A stretch of 64,000 bases of DNA from Octopus vulgaris. Taxonomy: Eukaryota. Position 1 is the stretch's first letter, and every line of letters begins with the position of its first letter. The DNA lies in NCBI GenBank assembly GCA_951406725.2, contig OX597832.1, forward strand, positions 28,024,001 through 28,088,000. Direction: 5' to 3'. The notes beneath the pieces are model-generated. The model made no database searches, was not told the DNA's origin, and saw only the letters and a program-made list of their open reading frames with translations. The translations under genes were made by a program, and so were the position numbers. Of this stretch, positions 51,151 through 64,000 are shown piece by piece.

Positions 51151-53304
51151 ATAATGGTTATAATTCGTACAGGAATGTGTATACTTGGTTGAATCGAGCC
51201 TACCCCGCAAAGTGTCACTGCTATTGATTTCAGCATATGAAATTATAATGGGAATTGAAATATCAAAAGTTAATACTAAAATTATATATATGTAATATAT
51301 TACATTGTAACTTTATACTGAGTATAAGTCTGTATGTGTGTCTGTATGTTCATATATGTATGTGTGTGTGTGTGTATATATATATACGTACATATGTGTG
51401 TTTGTGTATGTTTGTATGTACGTACATATTTATAAATACACACACACACACTTATACACCAATAAACTGAAGACTAGGTTAAGATGAAGCACTCAGGGAA
51501 CAGTTAATCCACAGATTAGTAAATTAAACCTCAGATTGGCTCTAGGAGAAATTCACACAACCATCCGCATATATATACATATATACATATACACCTATAC
51601 ACACAGTTTGTTTTGCGAAACTTGACACTAGATTTTAAAAAAATATTTCTGTTAGTTGTAGAATAACAGTAACACAAGTGTGTGTGTGTGTGTGTGTGTG
51701 TATTAAGTTGTTTTTATGCCTATTCTGCACACACACACACACATACATGTGTGAAAGCACGTGGCCTAGTGGTTAGGTTGTTGCACTCGCGATTGACAAA
51801 CCATGGGTTCGATTCCCAGGCCAGATGATGCATTGTGTTCTTGGGCAAAACACTTCATTTTGTGTTGCTCCAGTTCCCCTTTTGACCTGGTCACCTAGCC
51901 AGTGGAGTGGCGTCATTCGAAGGCTAAGACAATGCAAAAGCGCATTGTGGCCAGTGATGTGTGACAACATCTGATAGTCTGCTCAGTCACATGATAGCTT
52001 GATATACACATGCATATATATATGTTGTTGTTGTTGTTGTTAAGCAACAAGACGGGTAAGGGTGTTTAGGTGATGGTCTAGGGCTCTTCCTTGACACCCA
52101 TCACCACTGGGAGATGGCCCTCGAAGTCACTGGAAATGAAGATCTCCAGGTCCAAATTCTTGGACGGCATATATATATATGTAGACATACACGTGCACAC
52201 TCATCCATGAAGGTGTGCTTATTTCTCAGAACAAAAAGCTACAAACTCCGTTAAAGAGCTCAATGCTGGTAAATAATACATTAGAGTTAATCTATGGAGG
52301 AATGTGTTAGCTTACTGACCTAGGATCTGAAATTTCATCTTGTGTGGTATGAAAACATATGCCTCGTGCTTGTGTTATTTCTGCCTGTCACTTTGTGACA
52401 AGGCAGAAATAACCTAGAAAATACTGCTTACTGATTCCATTTCTTCTGGTTGAACTGAAAGCGATCAGACTTTGAATCTCTGTAACATTTTGCTAAATTT
52501 CTCTGAGAGTAAATTATATCAAGCCGAGCAAAATGGCAGTTGTGGCAGATAACCGGTGTCACACAAACTGACTCATAAGTGCACCCCGGTGTCACGCAAA
52601 TGGCTCCCGTGCTGGTGGTATGTAAAAGTACCCTTTACCCTCTCAGAGTGGTTGGCGTTAGGAAGGGCATCCTGCTGTAGAAAAACCATGCCAAATCAGA
52701 CCGGAGCTTGGCACAACCTTCCAGTGTGCCAGCCCAATTAAACTGTTCAACCCATGCCAGCATGGTCAATGGATGTCAAATGATGATGATGATGATGATG
52801 GTGCATATAGTCAAATCAAATAAACGAACATTAAAATTAATTATAGCAAAAGACAAGAGGACATGCACAAGGAATGTATTAGCTGAGAGAATGTTTTGAG
52901 TATAGCTCTTCATCAGAAAGGAGAAAGGGATGTGTGTGTGTGTGATAATGGTTTCAAGTTTTGGCATAATGCCTGCAATTTCAGTAAGGGGAGGGGCAAG
53001 TCAATTACATCAACCCCAGTATTTATCTGGTACTTTGTTTTATCACCTAAGGAAGGATGAAAGGCAAAGTCGACTTTGGCGGGATTTGAACTCATAACAC
53101 AAAGACGGACGAAATGTCGTTAAGCATTTTGGCCGGCGTGCTAACGATTCTGTCAGCGTCTGTATTATAATAATAATGAGCAGTTATTAAAGACTTGATG
53201 TGTGTGTGTGTGTGTGTCAATGTAAGCATATGAACAGACACACAAACAAATAGAGCCTCCTACACATCTGTACTCACTCACATACTAGTTGCAGACAAGT
53301 ATAT

Positions 53305-53336
<32 letters not shown>

Positions 53337-54403
53337 CTCAATACAAAGAACTTCCTACACATCTGTACGCAGTTACATACACAGCTCCATACATATTCAT
53401 ATCCACATACAAACACACACACCACTGATCTTCCTACGCATCTATACTCACTTGCTCATACAGAAACACACCAGTTGTACATATACACACACACACACGC
53501 TTACTAAAACATAACTGTACAATACGGCTCTCTGTTGAGTAAGGATAGGATGCTGGATAATTAGCATCAATGTTAACGATTATCTGTTGTACAGGAATTA
53601 ACATGGAAAAAGACCTTACTTAACTCCTCCTTTGAAGGAATCTCACCTACCTGCCCTCCTCCTCTCAAATATATAGACTCTCCCATTCATCACAAGTGAT
53701 GCGGATGATTAGTTCAGACTCTTCATTAAAGATCGTTGTAGGGAGTGGAATAATCATGTCCACCTCCACCTCATCGTGTTTGTAATCTCAGCCGGGGTGG
53801 TCACTATATCGGGAGACAGTATGGCAGAATCATTAGCATGCCAGACAAAATGCTTATCAGCGTTTCTTTCAAAATTTATGTTGTGAGTTCAAATGCTGCC
53901 GGGGTCGGCTTTGCCTTTTGTCCTTTCGGGGTCAATAAAACGAGACCCAGTTGAGCACTGGGGTCAATATAATCACCCCCCCATAAAAAAACTTGCTGGC
54001 CTTGTGCCAAAAATTTGAGACCATTATTATAATTATGGAATTAACATGGGAAAGAACTTGCTTAACTCTTCTTTTGAAGGAACATCACCTACCCCTCACC
54101 CCCTCAAATGTGGACTCCCCCATTCATCACCAGTGAAGCAGATCATTGGATCAGACATGTCCATTAAAAATTGTTGTAGGAGGTTGAGTAATCATGACAA
54201 ACTCTGCCTCTTCATGAGACTCCTCAGCCAGGGTGGTCACCATGTCTTGAGATAATACAAAGACGAAAGCAGTTTTGCATGTATTTTGTTGCTCTTATTA
54301 TTGTTGTTTGTTGTTGTTATTTGACTCATTGATTCTTTTTGTTGTTTGACTCGTTGACTCTTATTGCTGTTTGACTCATGGACTCTTCTTGTTGTCGTTG
54401 CAG

Positions 54404-54611
54404 GGTGGACCAAACAATGCTGCACAGTATTACAGCCCCTTCAACTCACATTACCAAACACAGCCCCACCCACAGTACAACCCCCCTCATCACCATGGTC
54501 ACCATGCAGGACCAGCACACTTGCACCCAGGTGTCCCCAGCAGCCCTCACATGCATGGGCCACCCCCATCGCATTCCTGCAACAATCTCACACCATCTGT
54601 ACTTCCAACAG
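54404..54611 (+). CDS. FNDC3A: FNDC3-like coding exon, Pro/His-rich linker
   Basis: Long AG-free tract then ttgcag|. Phase-0 start matches the upstream donor. Reads GGPNNAAQYYSPFNSHYQTQPHPQYNPPHHHGHHAGPAHLHPGVPSSPHMHGPPPSHSCNNLTPSVLPT and ends G|gtcagt (phase 1). Non-repetitive, codon-like sequence. Confidence 0.82.
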
Positions 54612-54710
54612 GTCAGTGGGGCTACTTTTTTCTTTTTCTTTCTTTTTACTTTTTTTTTCAGTATCCTTTATGGTCCAGTGTTAACAGCATCACCATTGTA
54701 AGAATGAAGG

Positions 54711-54743
<33 letters not shown>

Positions 54744-56058
54744 TATGTATATATAATAATAATAATCATCATCATCATCATCGTTTAGCGTCCGCTTTCC
54801 ATGCTGGCATGGGTTGGACGGTTCAACTGGGGTCTGGGAAGCCAGAAGGCTGCACCAAATAATAATAATAATAAATAATATGTATATATATGTGTCTGTG
54901 TTTGTCCCCCTAGCATTGCTTGACAACCGATGCTGGTGTGTTTATGTCCCCGTCACTTAGCGGTTCGGCCAAAGAGACCGATAGAATAAGTACTGGGCTT
55001 ACAAAGAATAAGTCCCGGGGTCGATTTGCTCGACTAAAGGCGTTGCTCCAGCATGGCCACAGTCAAATGACTGAAACCAGTAATAGAGTAATATTAATGA
55101 TAAATAGGTGCAGGAATGGCAGTGTGGTAAGTGACTTGCTTACCAACTTTATGGTTCCGGGTTCAGTCCCACTCCATGGCACATTGGGCAAGTGTCTTCT
55201 ACTAAAGCCTTGTAAGTGGATTTGGTAGACGGAAACTGAAAGAAGCCCGTCATATATATTTGTGTGTCTGTCCCCTGTCACCATCGCTTGACAACCAATG
55301 TTGGTGTGTTTACATCCCCATGATTTAGTGGTTTGGCAAAAGAGGCTGATAGAATAAGTACTAGACTTACAAAGAATAAGTCCCGGGGTCGAGTTGCTCG
55401 ACTAAAGGCAGTGCTCCAGCATGGCCGCAGTCAGATGACTGAAACAAATAAAAGAAAGAAAATTTCTACAATAGGCACAAGGCCTGAAATTTCAGGAGAC
55501 GGGACTAGTCAATTACATTGACCCCTACTCCCAGTATTTCACTGGTACTTAATTTATCAACTTTGAAAGGAATGAAATGCAGAGTCAACCCTGGCAGAAT
55601 TTGAACCCAGAGTGTAAAGACAGAATAATAATAATAATGTTGATAATGATGATGATTATAAATTTTGGCGCAAGATCAGCACTTTCATGGGATGGGAGGG
55701 GTGAAAGGCAAAGTCGACCTCGGCAGAATTTGAACTCAGAGTGTAGCAGTGGGTGAAACACTGCTAAGTATTTCGTCCAGCGTGCTAACGATTCTGCCAA
55801 CTCACCACCCTAATGATGATGATGATGGTGATTCTTCTTCTTCTTTCAACTATAAGCTCAAAGGCTGAAATTTGGGGATGGGATCGAGTCAGTTACACTG
55901 ACCCCCAGTCTGGTACTTCATTTTATTGACCCCCAAAAGGATGAAAGGCAAAGCTGACCTTCACAGGATGTGAACTCAGAATGTAAAGAGCCGGAAGAAA
56001 CTACACTAAGCACGTTTTTTTTGTTTGATGCTCTTCCGATTCTGTCAACTCATAGCCT

Positions 56059-56113
<55 letters not shown>

Positions 56114-56614
56114 CGTGGTGGTGGTGGTGGTGGTGGTGGTGGTGGTGGTGGTGGCGGCGGTGGTGATGATGACTGGTTTCAAATTTTGGCACAGTACATG
56201 TGTAGTGTGTTGTCTCAGTTCTCTGTGGGGTGAGTGACCACACCAGTTGACCGTTAACTGACCACAGCAGAATTTAAAGGGACAAGTGGATGATTTTGAG
56301 TCACGGTTTAATCGTGTTGCTCCTGTTGAATCATTTGACCAAAACCTTGTCATTGCCACCATTATCACCACCACCACCACCATCTCTACCATCATCATCA
56401 TCATCATCATCATCGTCATCTTCACTCCATCAAAGGAGCCTGTATGCTAGAAATACCCACCTGAAATTGCATCTTGCTATGTTAAGGAAGAAAAGGTGTT
56501 TTGAATATTGTAGTCTTAGATACATTGTGCCTGAATAAAAGACGGATTGGTCAGATGTGGGTCACTTTTGAAAGGAATTGGCCTGGGGCTAACCAACAAC
56601 ATGTTGTATTTACT

Positions 56615-57105
56615 TTCACCATCACCATCACCATTATCATCACCATCACCGCCATCATTCTCATTATCACCATTACCACCACCACCACCACCATCAGCTT
56701 CATTATCACCACCATTAACACCACATCATCATCATTTTCATTGTCACCATCACCAGCAGTATCAACATCATCATCATCATCACCACCACCACCACCACCA
56801 CCATCATCATCACCACCACCATCATCACCACCACCATCATCATCACCACCACCATCATCACCACCACCACCACCATCATCATCACCACCATCATCATCAC
56901 CACCACCATCATCACCACCACCATCATCATCATCACCATCATCATCACCATCATCACCATCACCATCATCATCACCACCACCACCACCATCATCATCAAC
57001 ACCACCACCACCGTCATCATCATCATCACCACCACCACCATCATCATCACCACCATCATCATCATCATCATCACCATCATCATCATCACCACCACCATCA
57101 TCATC

Positions 57106-57136
<31 letters not shown>

Positions 57137-57170
57137 CCACCATCATCATCACCACCACCATCATCATCAT

Positions 57171-57202
<32 letters not shown>

Positions 57203-57220
57203 CCACCACCACCATCATCG
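56615..57220. repeat. ~600-bp (CAY)n mixed CAT/CAC trinucleotide array
   Basis: Seen directly. Explains the poly-His and poly-Ser/Pro pseudo-ORFs. Confidence 0.95.
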
Positions 57221-57656
57221 ATGTCAAACAACTTTCACTCTAATGATTATTTGCAGTGACACATGATACAGTGTGACTATTTATCAAACAAAGATATATA
57301 TATATGTGTATATATATATATATATATGCATATGCACTTGACTACATAATGTGGGTGGTGTATACGTGTACACAGGCACACACACACACGCATGTACATC
57401 CACCCAAGTCCATAACAACAACAGGAAACCCGTAAGACTCCGGCTGTTTCTTCCTTTGTTCCTCTTCGTTGCAACCTGAATCCTTCCTTTCCAATGCCAA
57501 TGGCTGCCGGAAGCAGAACAGTCTGCCATTCTGTAGGAAATCTCGCTAAGTTTTAAACCTTCTTCTCTGTCGTGGAGAATAAATATATTATTTTATAGAA
57601 TGAAAGGATGCTCTAAGACATCAATATTTCTCCCAGATTGCTTCAAAATCGATTAA

Positions 57657-57698
<42 letters not shown>

Positions 57699-58323
57699 TG
57701 TTATATTGTTCGTTATGACTGTTATATTGTTTGTTGTTACTGCTTTATATTGTTTATTATTATTGTGATGTATTGTTTATTATTACTATTATATTGTACT
57801 GATGTCATGTGATGTTTAGACTTTGAGACTAACTAGTATATGAAACTGTTGGTAATAATATCACAGTAGTTTAGTACACTGAAGGGTTAGTGATAGTACA
57901 ATTAAGCTATTAGGATTAATACAATGGTTTAATTAAGAGTTTTTGTAATACTGAGGCGAGTCAAAAGTTTTTCAATATTTCCATATGTGCCAGATTGCGG
58001 CAGGTGTATCATGTGAGCAAAGCATTTCAAGCTGTGGAAGGTAACCTCTGAGGTTGTGTTGTGGTGAGGGTCATTGGGGGGAATAGAAGAATGAACTATC
58101 CGAACACTAATAAAGTGTAGAGTATTCGGTTGAGACGTTGGGTCGGTAGGAGTTGTTGAGAGGGCGTTTTGGAGTCTTGCGAAGTAAGTCACGTGACCAC
58201 ATCCATTTTACCTCCACTTTGCTAAATTATGTATCCAACGTTTGGCAAGGATATAAAAGGTTGGCAGCATTGGGGGTGGTTGGCGCCCTGACAGGTTGTG
58301 CATTGTTTCAATCTGTGATTTAA

Positions 58324-58545
58324 CCCTTTTGTTACTGTATTTATTTTGAGATGCTCTGTGTTTCTTTCAATTAATTTAAAATATAACAAAGAATTTAGTA
58401 AAATAACTTGGTTATCATTCAGCTAGTGTTAAGAACATAAATTGTGACTAAGGTTTGGTGGTATATTTTAATTCAAAACCTGTGAAAACAAGACATTTAT
58501 ACTACAGAGCCAGAGCCGGTTTTGGCCGGGTTGGTAACGAAAGGG
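58324..58545. mobile_element. piggyBac-type MITE (same family as 35820)
   Basis: TTAA-CCCTTTTGTTAC ... GGTAACGAAAGGG-TTAA, with a closely similar body. Confidence 0.8.
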
Positions 58546-58589
58546 TTAAAGGCCACACTGATGAGGGTGCAACATAGTCTAATTCAGAA

Positions 58590-58695
58590 ATTCATGCTTT
58601 TTACAAGTTCAAACCGAGCTGTAATACTGCTGAAGCAACAAAAAATAATTGTTTTGTGGAATATGAAGGTGCAGTTGATGGCAGTATAGTGACTT
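58590..58695 (+). mobile_element. Mariner transposase N-terminal relic
   Basis: ML.KFKPSCNTAEATKNNCFVEYEGAVDGSIV resembles mariner HTH1 (MLYEFKLG..AAEA.KNI....GEGAV). Confidence 0.5.
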
Positions 58696-59021
58696 CCCGC
58701 TTTTAATTCAGTGGAGCACCAAGGATGTGGTAGTTGGGGGGGTGGGGTAGAGCTGCACCAGAACTTTTACTGGTGCTTAAAAGGGGTGAGTAGTCTGGAG
58801 CAATGGGGTATGAAGTGACCAATCCAGGAATGAAATCCATGACCTTACAATTGTAAACCCAGCATTCTAACCTTTTAGGCTACTGGCCTTTTCCTCCCCC
58901 ATTCTCATAGATTGTAGATGATTTTGTCTTTTGTTGTTCCTGGTTTTCATGGTTCCACATCACAGCAACTAACAAACTACCAAACTGCAGAGCTTTCATT
59001 GTCTTTTGTTTTGTACTTCAG

Positions 59022-59159
59022 GACCAAGTCCTCCTCTAAACTCTGAAGAAAGAATCCGGCAGAGATCTTGGTACAAGAAATGTCGAAAGACAGAGGAAGG
59101 GAACTATTACAGGCAGCCACCTCGTCGGAACAAGAATAACAAAACTAACAACAATTCAG
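59022..59159 (+). CDS. FNDC3A: FNDC3-like coding exon, basic region (PSPP..ER..Q..Y.K)
   Basis: ACTAAC branch-like motif and ttgtacttcag| acceptor. Phase 1 matches the previous exon. Reads (G)PSPPLNSEERIRQRSWYKKCRKTEEGNYYRQPPRRNKNNKTNNNS(G), then G|gtaaac. Resembles the FNDC3 'DER..K.YE.L.KK' segment. Symmetric 138-nt exon. Confidence 0.8.
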
Positions 59160-60834
59160 GTAAACTGGCAATTCTGCTGTGACATTCTGTTTTCCACCAA
59201 ACCGATTCCATGTTATTATATAAAACGCCTTATCTAACATTTGACATGTTGGATAATGGAGATTGGTCTCCTGAAAAAAAAAACAGGAGCAATTTTTCAA
59301 AAGAGAAGACAATTCTATTTTTAAAAGATTCTTGAAACTGACCCCCTATATCTGTCCCCAGTATTCTGCTAGTTTTATGTTTAAATGAGCCAGATCCAGC
59401 CTCTCGTACCTATCCTACAATGTCATTCCCAATATAAACAATCACAGCATCAAATTTGTGAAGCTGTGAGATAATGCATGATTAATTCCAAACAATGTGA
59501 ATCAATAATCTTTATGTTCGACAGAATAATCTGAATGCTAAAGAGTCAGATTACCAATTCCTAATTCTGGCAGTTTCTGGGCAACTGGTAGACATTTGTG
59601 CAAGTGACCAAACAAACAAAAAGAAAATGGTTAAAAACAGTGGCACCGGATTTGTTGCTGGTTGAATAGATCTGATGATGGGGTGGGGTGGGGAGATAAT
59701 ACTCTCTCTTCTCTTTTACTTGTTTCAGTCATTTGACTGCGGCCATGCTGGAGCACCGCCTTTAGTCGAGCAAATCGACCCCAGGACTTATTCTTTGTAA
59801 GCCTGGTACTTATTCTAATGGTCTCATTTGCTGAACCGCTAAGTTACAGGGATGTAAACACACCAGCATCGGTTGTCAAGCGATGTTGGGAGGACAAACA
59901 CAGACACACAAACATATATACGACGGGCTTCTTTCAGTTTCCGTCTACCAAATCCACTCTCAAGGCTTTGGTCGGCCCAGGGCTATAGTAGAAGACACTT
60001 GCCCAAGGTGCCACGCAGTGGGACTGAACCTGGAACCATGTGGTTGGTAAGCAAGCTACTTACCACATGCCTATAATGGTGAAAAAAATTATATTGAGGG
60101 GTGGGGTGAGAAATTAACAGTTTTCAGATTTGTTGTTGTTGTTCTTTAGCCCTAGGTCGTCCCTGGTCCAGTAGGAGTGGCTGTATTGCTAAGAAGTGAT
60201 TCAATGACAAGATAATGGTAGAGCGCTAGAATCTGCTATTTTGTCCTGCAACTTTACACAGCTTGATTAAGAACCTCTGTCCATCTTCCTCTGTTTGACC
60301 AGCAGTTTTGATTAATTACCCACTAGTTACATAAACACACACACGTTAAAGGAATATGTCTGTGGAATCCTCAGCCAAGTGCAATTTAATTCAAGGGCTG
60401 GTAATTCAGATGAGATCAGACAACTGAATCCTCATTGTCAAACATCAGAGATCCATTACCTCCACCATCATCACCACAACCACCATGCTGAGACCCCCTT
60501 CGGTCATGAATGACCATGGAGTTGCACCTAGAAAGTTACTCTCCCAGGCACAAGTCCGGGCAAGGTTGTTTATGGAAGACCAGCAGGTGCTCATGCATAC
60601 CATCCTCTCCTCTCCACGCCACCAAGGGAAAGGCAAGGGCCAATACAGCTTGGTGTATGATGTCACAACTCATTTGTACAGCTGAGTGAACTGGGGCAAT
60701 GTGAAATAAAGTGTCTTGCTCAAGAACACAACACACAGCGTGGTCTGGGATTCGAACTCACAACGTTATGATTGTAGACGCTCTAACCACTGAGCCATGC
60801 ACCTTCACCACCACCACCATACATATACATATAC

Positions 60835-60881
<47 letters not shown>

Positions 60882-61724
60882 CACCATCCAAACATGGTAT
60901 GTAAAAAACACCCAATACTCTAGGAGTGGTTGGCATTTGGAAAGGCATCCAGCTGTAGAAACATTGCCAGATCAGATTGGAGCCTGGTGCAGCTCCTGGC
61001 TTTCCAGACCTCAGTCGAACTGTCCAACCCACGGCAGCATGGAAAAACGGACATTAAACGATGATGATGATGGGCTTCCACACAGTTTCTGCCTTCTAAA
61101 TTCACTCACAAGGCATTGGTCAGCCTGAGGCTATGGTTGAAAACCCTTGCTCGGGGTACTGTACAGTGGGACTGAACCTGAGACCATATGGTTGCTAAGC
61201 AAACTTCTTTGTGTGTGTGTGTGTGTGTGGTGTGAATAGTTAATGTCCCATTAAAACCCCGTATTATAATAAATGCAGCAACAACAGAACAACATGGAAG
61301 AGAGAGCAGCAGCATTCAGACATGTTGTGAATGGATATTTACATACACGCATATATGTATGCATGCGTGCATGTGTGTAGATATAAATATACAGATGTAG
61401 ATAGAGACGTAGCTGCAAGGTCCTGCCAAGTGCAGAGCTGCAACCAGAGATGCAATAATCAAGATTGTTTATGCTTAAAAGCGAGCGTTTGCAGCCAACT
61501 TCAGCAGAAAAGCTGTTTGCATTTTTAAACTGTGCATACTTGCAAGTCTCCAGCACTATGGCACACTGCACCGGGATATACATCGGTGTTGCTGGGTGTA
61601 CGTTAAGAGAGTTTGGGTGTGTTTGGGGGGAGATTGGTGGATGTGTTTGTTTGGGTGTGTGGGTGGGGTCTGTGTTGAGAATGGTGGATATGCATATATG
61701 CCAAATATTTTGATTAGTCTCTTA

Positions 61725-61787
<63 letters not shown>

Positions 61788-62804
61788 TTTAGTAAAATTT
61801 AGATTCAGATGAATATGGTACTTAAGTCAAAGGCACCAGAATTTTGTATGGTATAATCCATATAAATCAAATAGGGTGATTATAATCAAAATAAGCAACA
61901 AGTATATCCAAGGTAGAGTGGTGCAATTGTTTCATGCTACATACATATATATATATATGCATGTATATATGTGTGTATGTATGCATGCATGTATGTATGT
62001 GTGTATGCATGTATGTGTGTGTGTGAGCATGTATGCATATTTATAACCATAGACTGTGTGTGCATGTGTGTACTTATAGCATCTTTTCCTTGTTTCAGGC
62101 ATTAGCCTTTGGCCATGCTGGGGCACCGCTTTGAAGAATTTTTAGGCAAATGAATCGATCCCATTATTTATTCTTCTTCAAAGCTTGGTGCTTATTCTGT
62201 TGGTTTCTTTTGCTGAACTGCTAAGTTACAGGGACGTAAACACACCAACACTGGTTGTCAAGCGGCAATGTGGAGGCAAACACAGACACAAAGACTCATG
62301 CTGTACCTATTTCCAAAGCCATGCCTTTGTGTGTTGTTACTCAGAGTTTCTCAGTTCTGATCCTCAGGCAACAAGATGCGATGATATTAACCTTTCGGGG
62401 GTCGATAGATTAAGTACCAGTTGCGTACTGGAGTCGATCTAATCAACTGCCCCCTCCCCCTCAATAAAAATTGGGGGCCTTGTGCCTAGAGTGGAAAAGG
62501 ATATTTTGAAGTTGTTTTTTAAATGCTTTGGGCTGCATTTACATCTATCATATTGCAAACAACTTGGCAGAAATTGCTTCTATGTATTTGTGTGTGTGTA
62601 TGTAATCATGTGTGTAAGTGTGCAAGAGCATGGGTTTGTGTGTATGCATATATGCTGCACCATGAACATGTTATTTCTGCACACCATGTGCTTCCCAACC
62701 ACATGGTTCTGGGTTCAGTGGCACCTTAGCCAAGTGTCTTCTGCCCGACCCAGAGCCTTGTGAGTGGATTTGGCAGATGGAAACTGAAAGAAGCCTGTCG
62801 TATG

Positions 62805-62845
<41 letters not shown>

Positions 62846-64000
62846 GTGTATTTACATCTGTATTTGTCCCTCGATAATTGGTGTTGGTGCCTTTATGTCC
62901 TGGTAACTTAGCAGTCCGGCAAAAAGAGACCGATAGAATAAGTACCAGGCTTTAAAAATAAAATCTGTAGGGTGAAATTGTTCGACTAAAACCCTCTCCC
63001 CCAGCATGGCCCCAGTCAAATGATTGAAGCAAGGAAAAGATAAAAGAGAGTTATAAACCTGAGATCAGTTTGTCCCAATTTAAAGCTAAAAATAGCAGCA
63101 ATGATATTCAGAGGCACCAGATGTCACTCCAAGACTATGTTTTCACACCCCAAAAAAAAAAAAAAAAAGACACCCACCCATATACATTAAGAAGCACAAA
63201 ACAATAAATATTTCTCCTGAAATACTCTGAGAATAGAATCAAAATGGTGAACAATACCCAGTTATTTATGTCTTCAGATTTTCACTTTTTACACCAAAAA
63301 TTAAGCCACTTCAGCGATAATTCTTTACATAGCTTCCCATTGTAAAAAAAAAAAAAAGCAGAAAAAAACTCTTTTACAGCCAAAGAATTCCATCACACTC
63401 TTTCATTTGCCATTCACTAGTTTCCACTGCTTTGGGTATTTATAGGTTCACCACAGGCGCTGTCATAAGAATTCTTTGCCAAAATTTTTAATGGAATATT
63501 TTAGCTTTTTTTGAGATTTTTTTCTTAACAAGTGTTTTTTATTATTATTATTATTATTCATTGCTTGAGGAACAGTTTGAGAAAAGTTGGTAAGGCTGGA
63601 AACCACATCAGGTTCCATTGTCTGTTTTTTTTTTTTTGGCATAGTTTCTACAGCTGGATGCCTTTCCTAATGCCAACCACTTGACAGAGTCTAGCTGGGT
63701 GCTTTTTATGTAGCACCAGCACCAACAGGGTCACCAAGTACATTGCCAGGCAAAACCCACCTTGCAACTGGGAGGCAGGTGAGGCTTTGTGTCCAGTTGA
63801 CGAGAGATGAAATGTATAGAGAGACATGGATAGGTGTCTTGCTGTAAGAGTAGATCGTGGGTAAATACCTGGGTTGGAAAATAAAGGGGACAATAGTGAG
63901 GGGGAGATGGATGGTGGCAACGAAGTGTCAGTGCATGCCCTGGGGAGGGGGGGCATTGGGAACGGTGAGAATAGGAGAGGTGATGCAGAGGCTTGGGTGA

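Noticed and set aside
56501-57266. Longest ORFs in the window (170-252 aa; poly-His, Ser/Pro, Asp/Gly)
   Set aside because: Produced by a (CAY)n array that is open in several frames on both strands, with no splice signals.
58558-58592. CTGATGAG...GAAA as a hammerhead
   Set aside because: No helix I or II pairing, and it adjoins a mariner relic.

Overview
AT-rich animal genomic DNA packed with microsatellites and SINEs. The repeat families look like those of an Octopus genome; that assignment is inferred from repeat recognition and has not been checked by a search. Almost all ORFs in the supplied track are microsatellite or SINE artefacts. The one host gene I can support is an FNDC3A/FNDC3B (Drosophila miles-to-go)-like gene on the + strand. 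Three phase-compatible coding exons (8723-8889, 54404-54611, 59022-59159) are separated by introns of ~45.5 kb and ~4.4 kb, and the gene continues past both window edges. The introns hold tRNA-derived SINEs, CR1/RTE/R4-Dong LINE relics, Gypsy and solo-LTR relics, Tigger, Tc1/mariner, hAT and piggyBac-type MITEs, and two non-autonomous Helitrons. The best leads are: (1) six minimal type-I hammerhead-ribozyme-like motifs in five unrelated sequence contexts, one inside a 364-bp-period tandem element with retrozyme architecture; (2) a candidate internal first exon (MASSDYSEKVK|gtaagt) that would splice in frame to give an N-terminally truncated FNDC3; (3) a tRNA-Gln-bodied pseudogene with a CCA (Trp) anticodon; (4) several candidate regulatory modules, including an RFX X-box cluster and an X-half/CRE/CCAAT/TATA cassette. 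No database searches were run.
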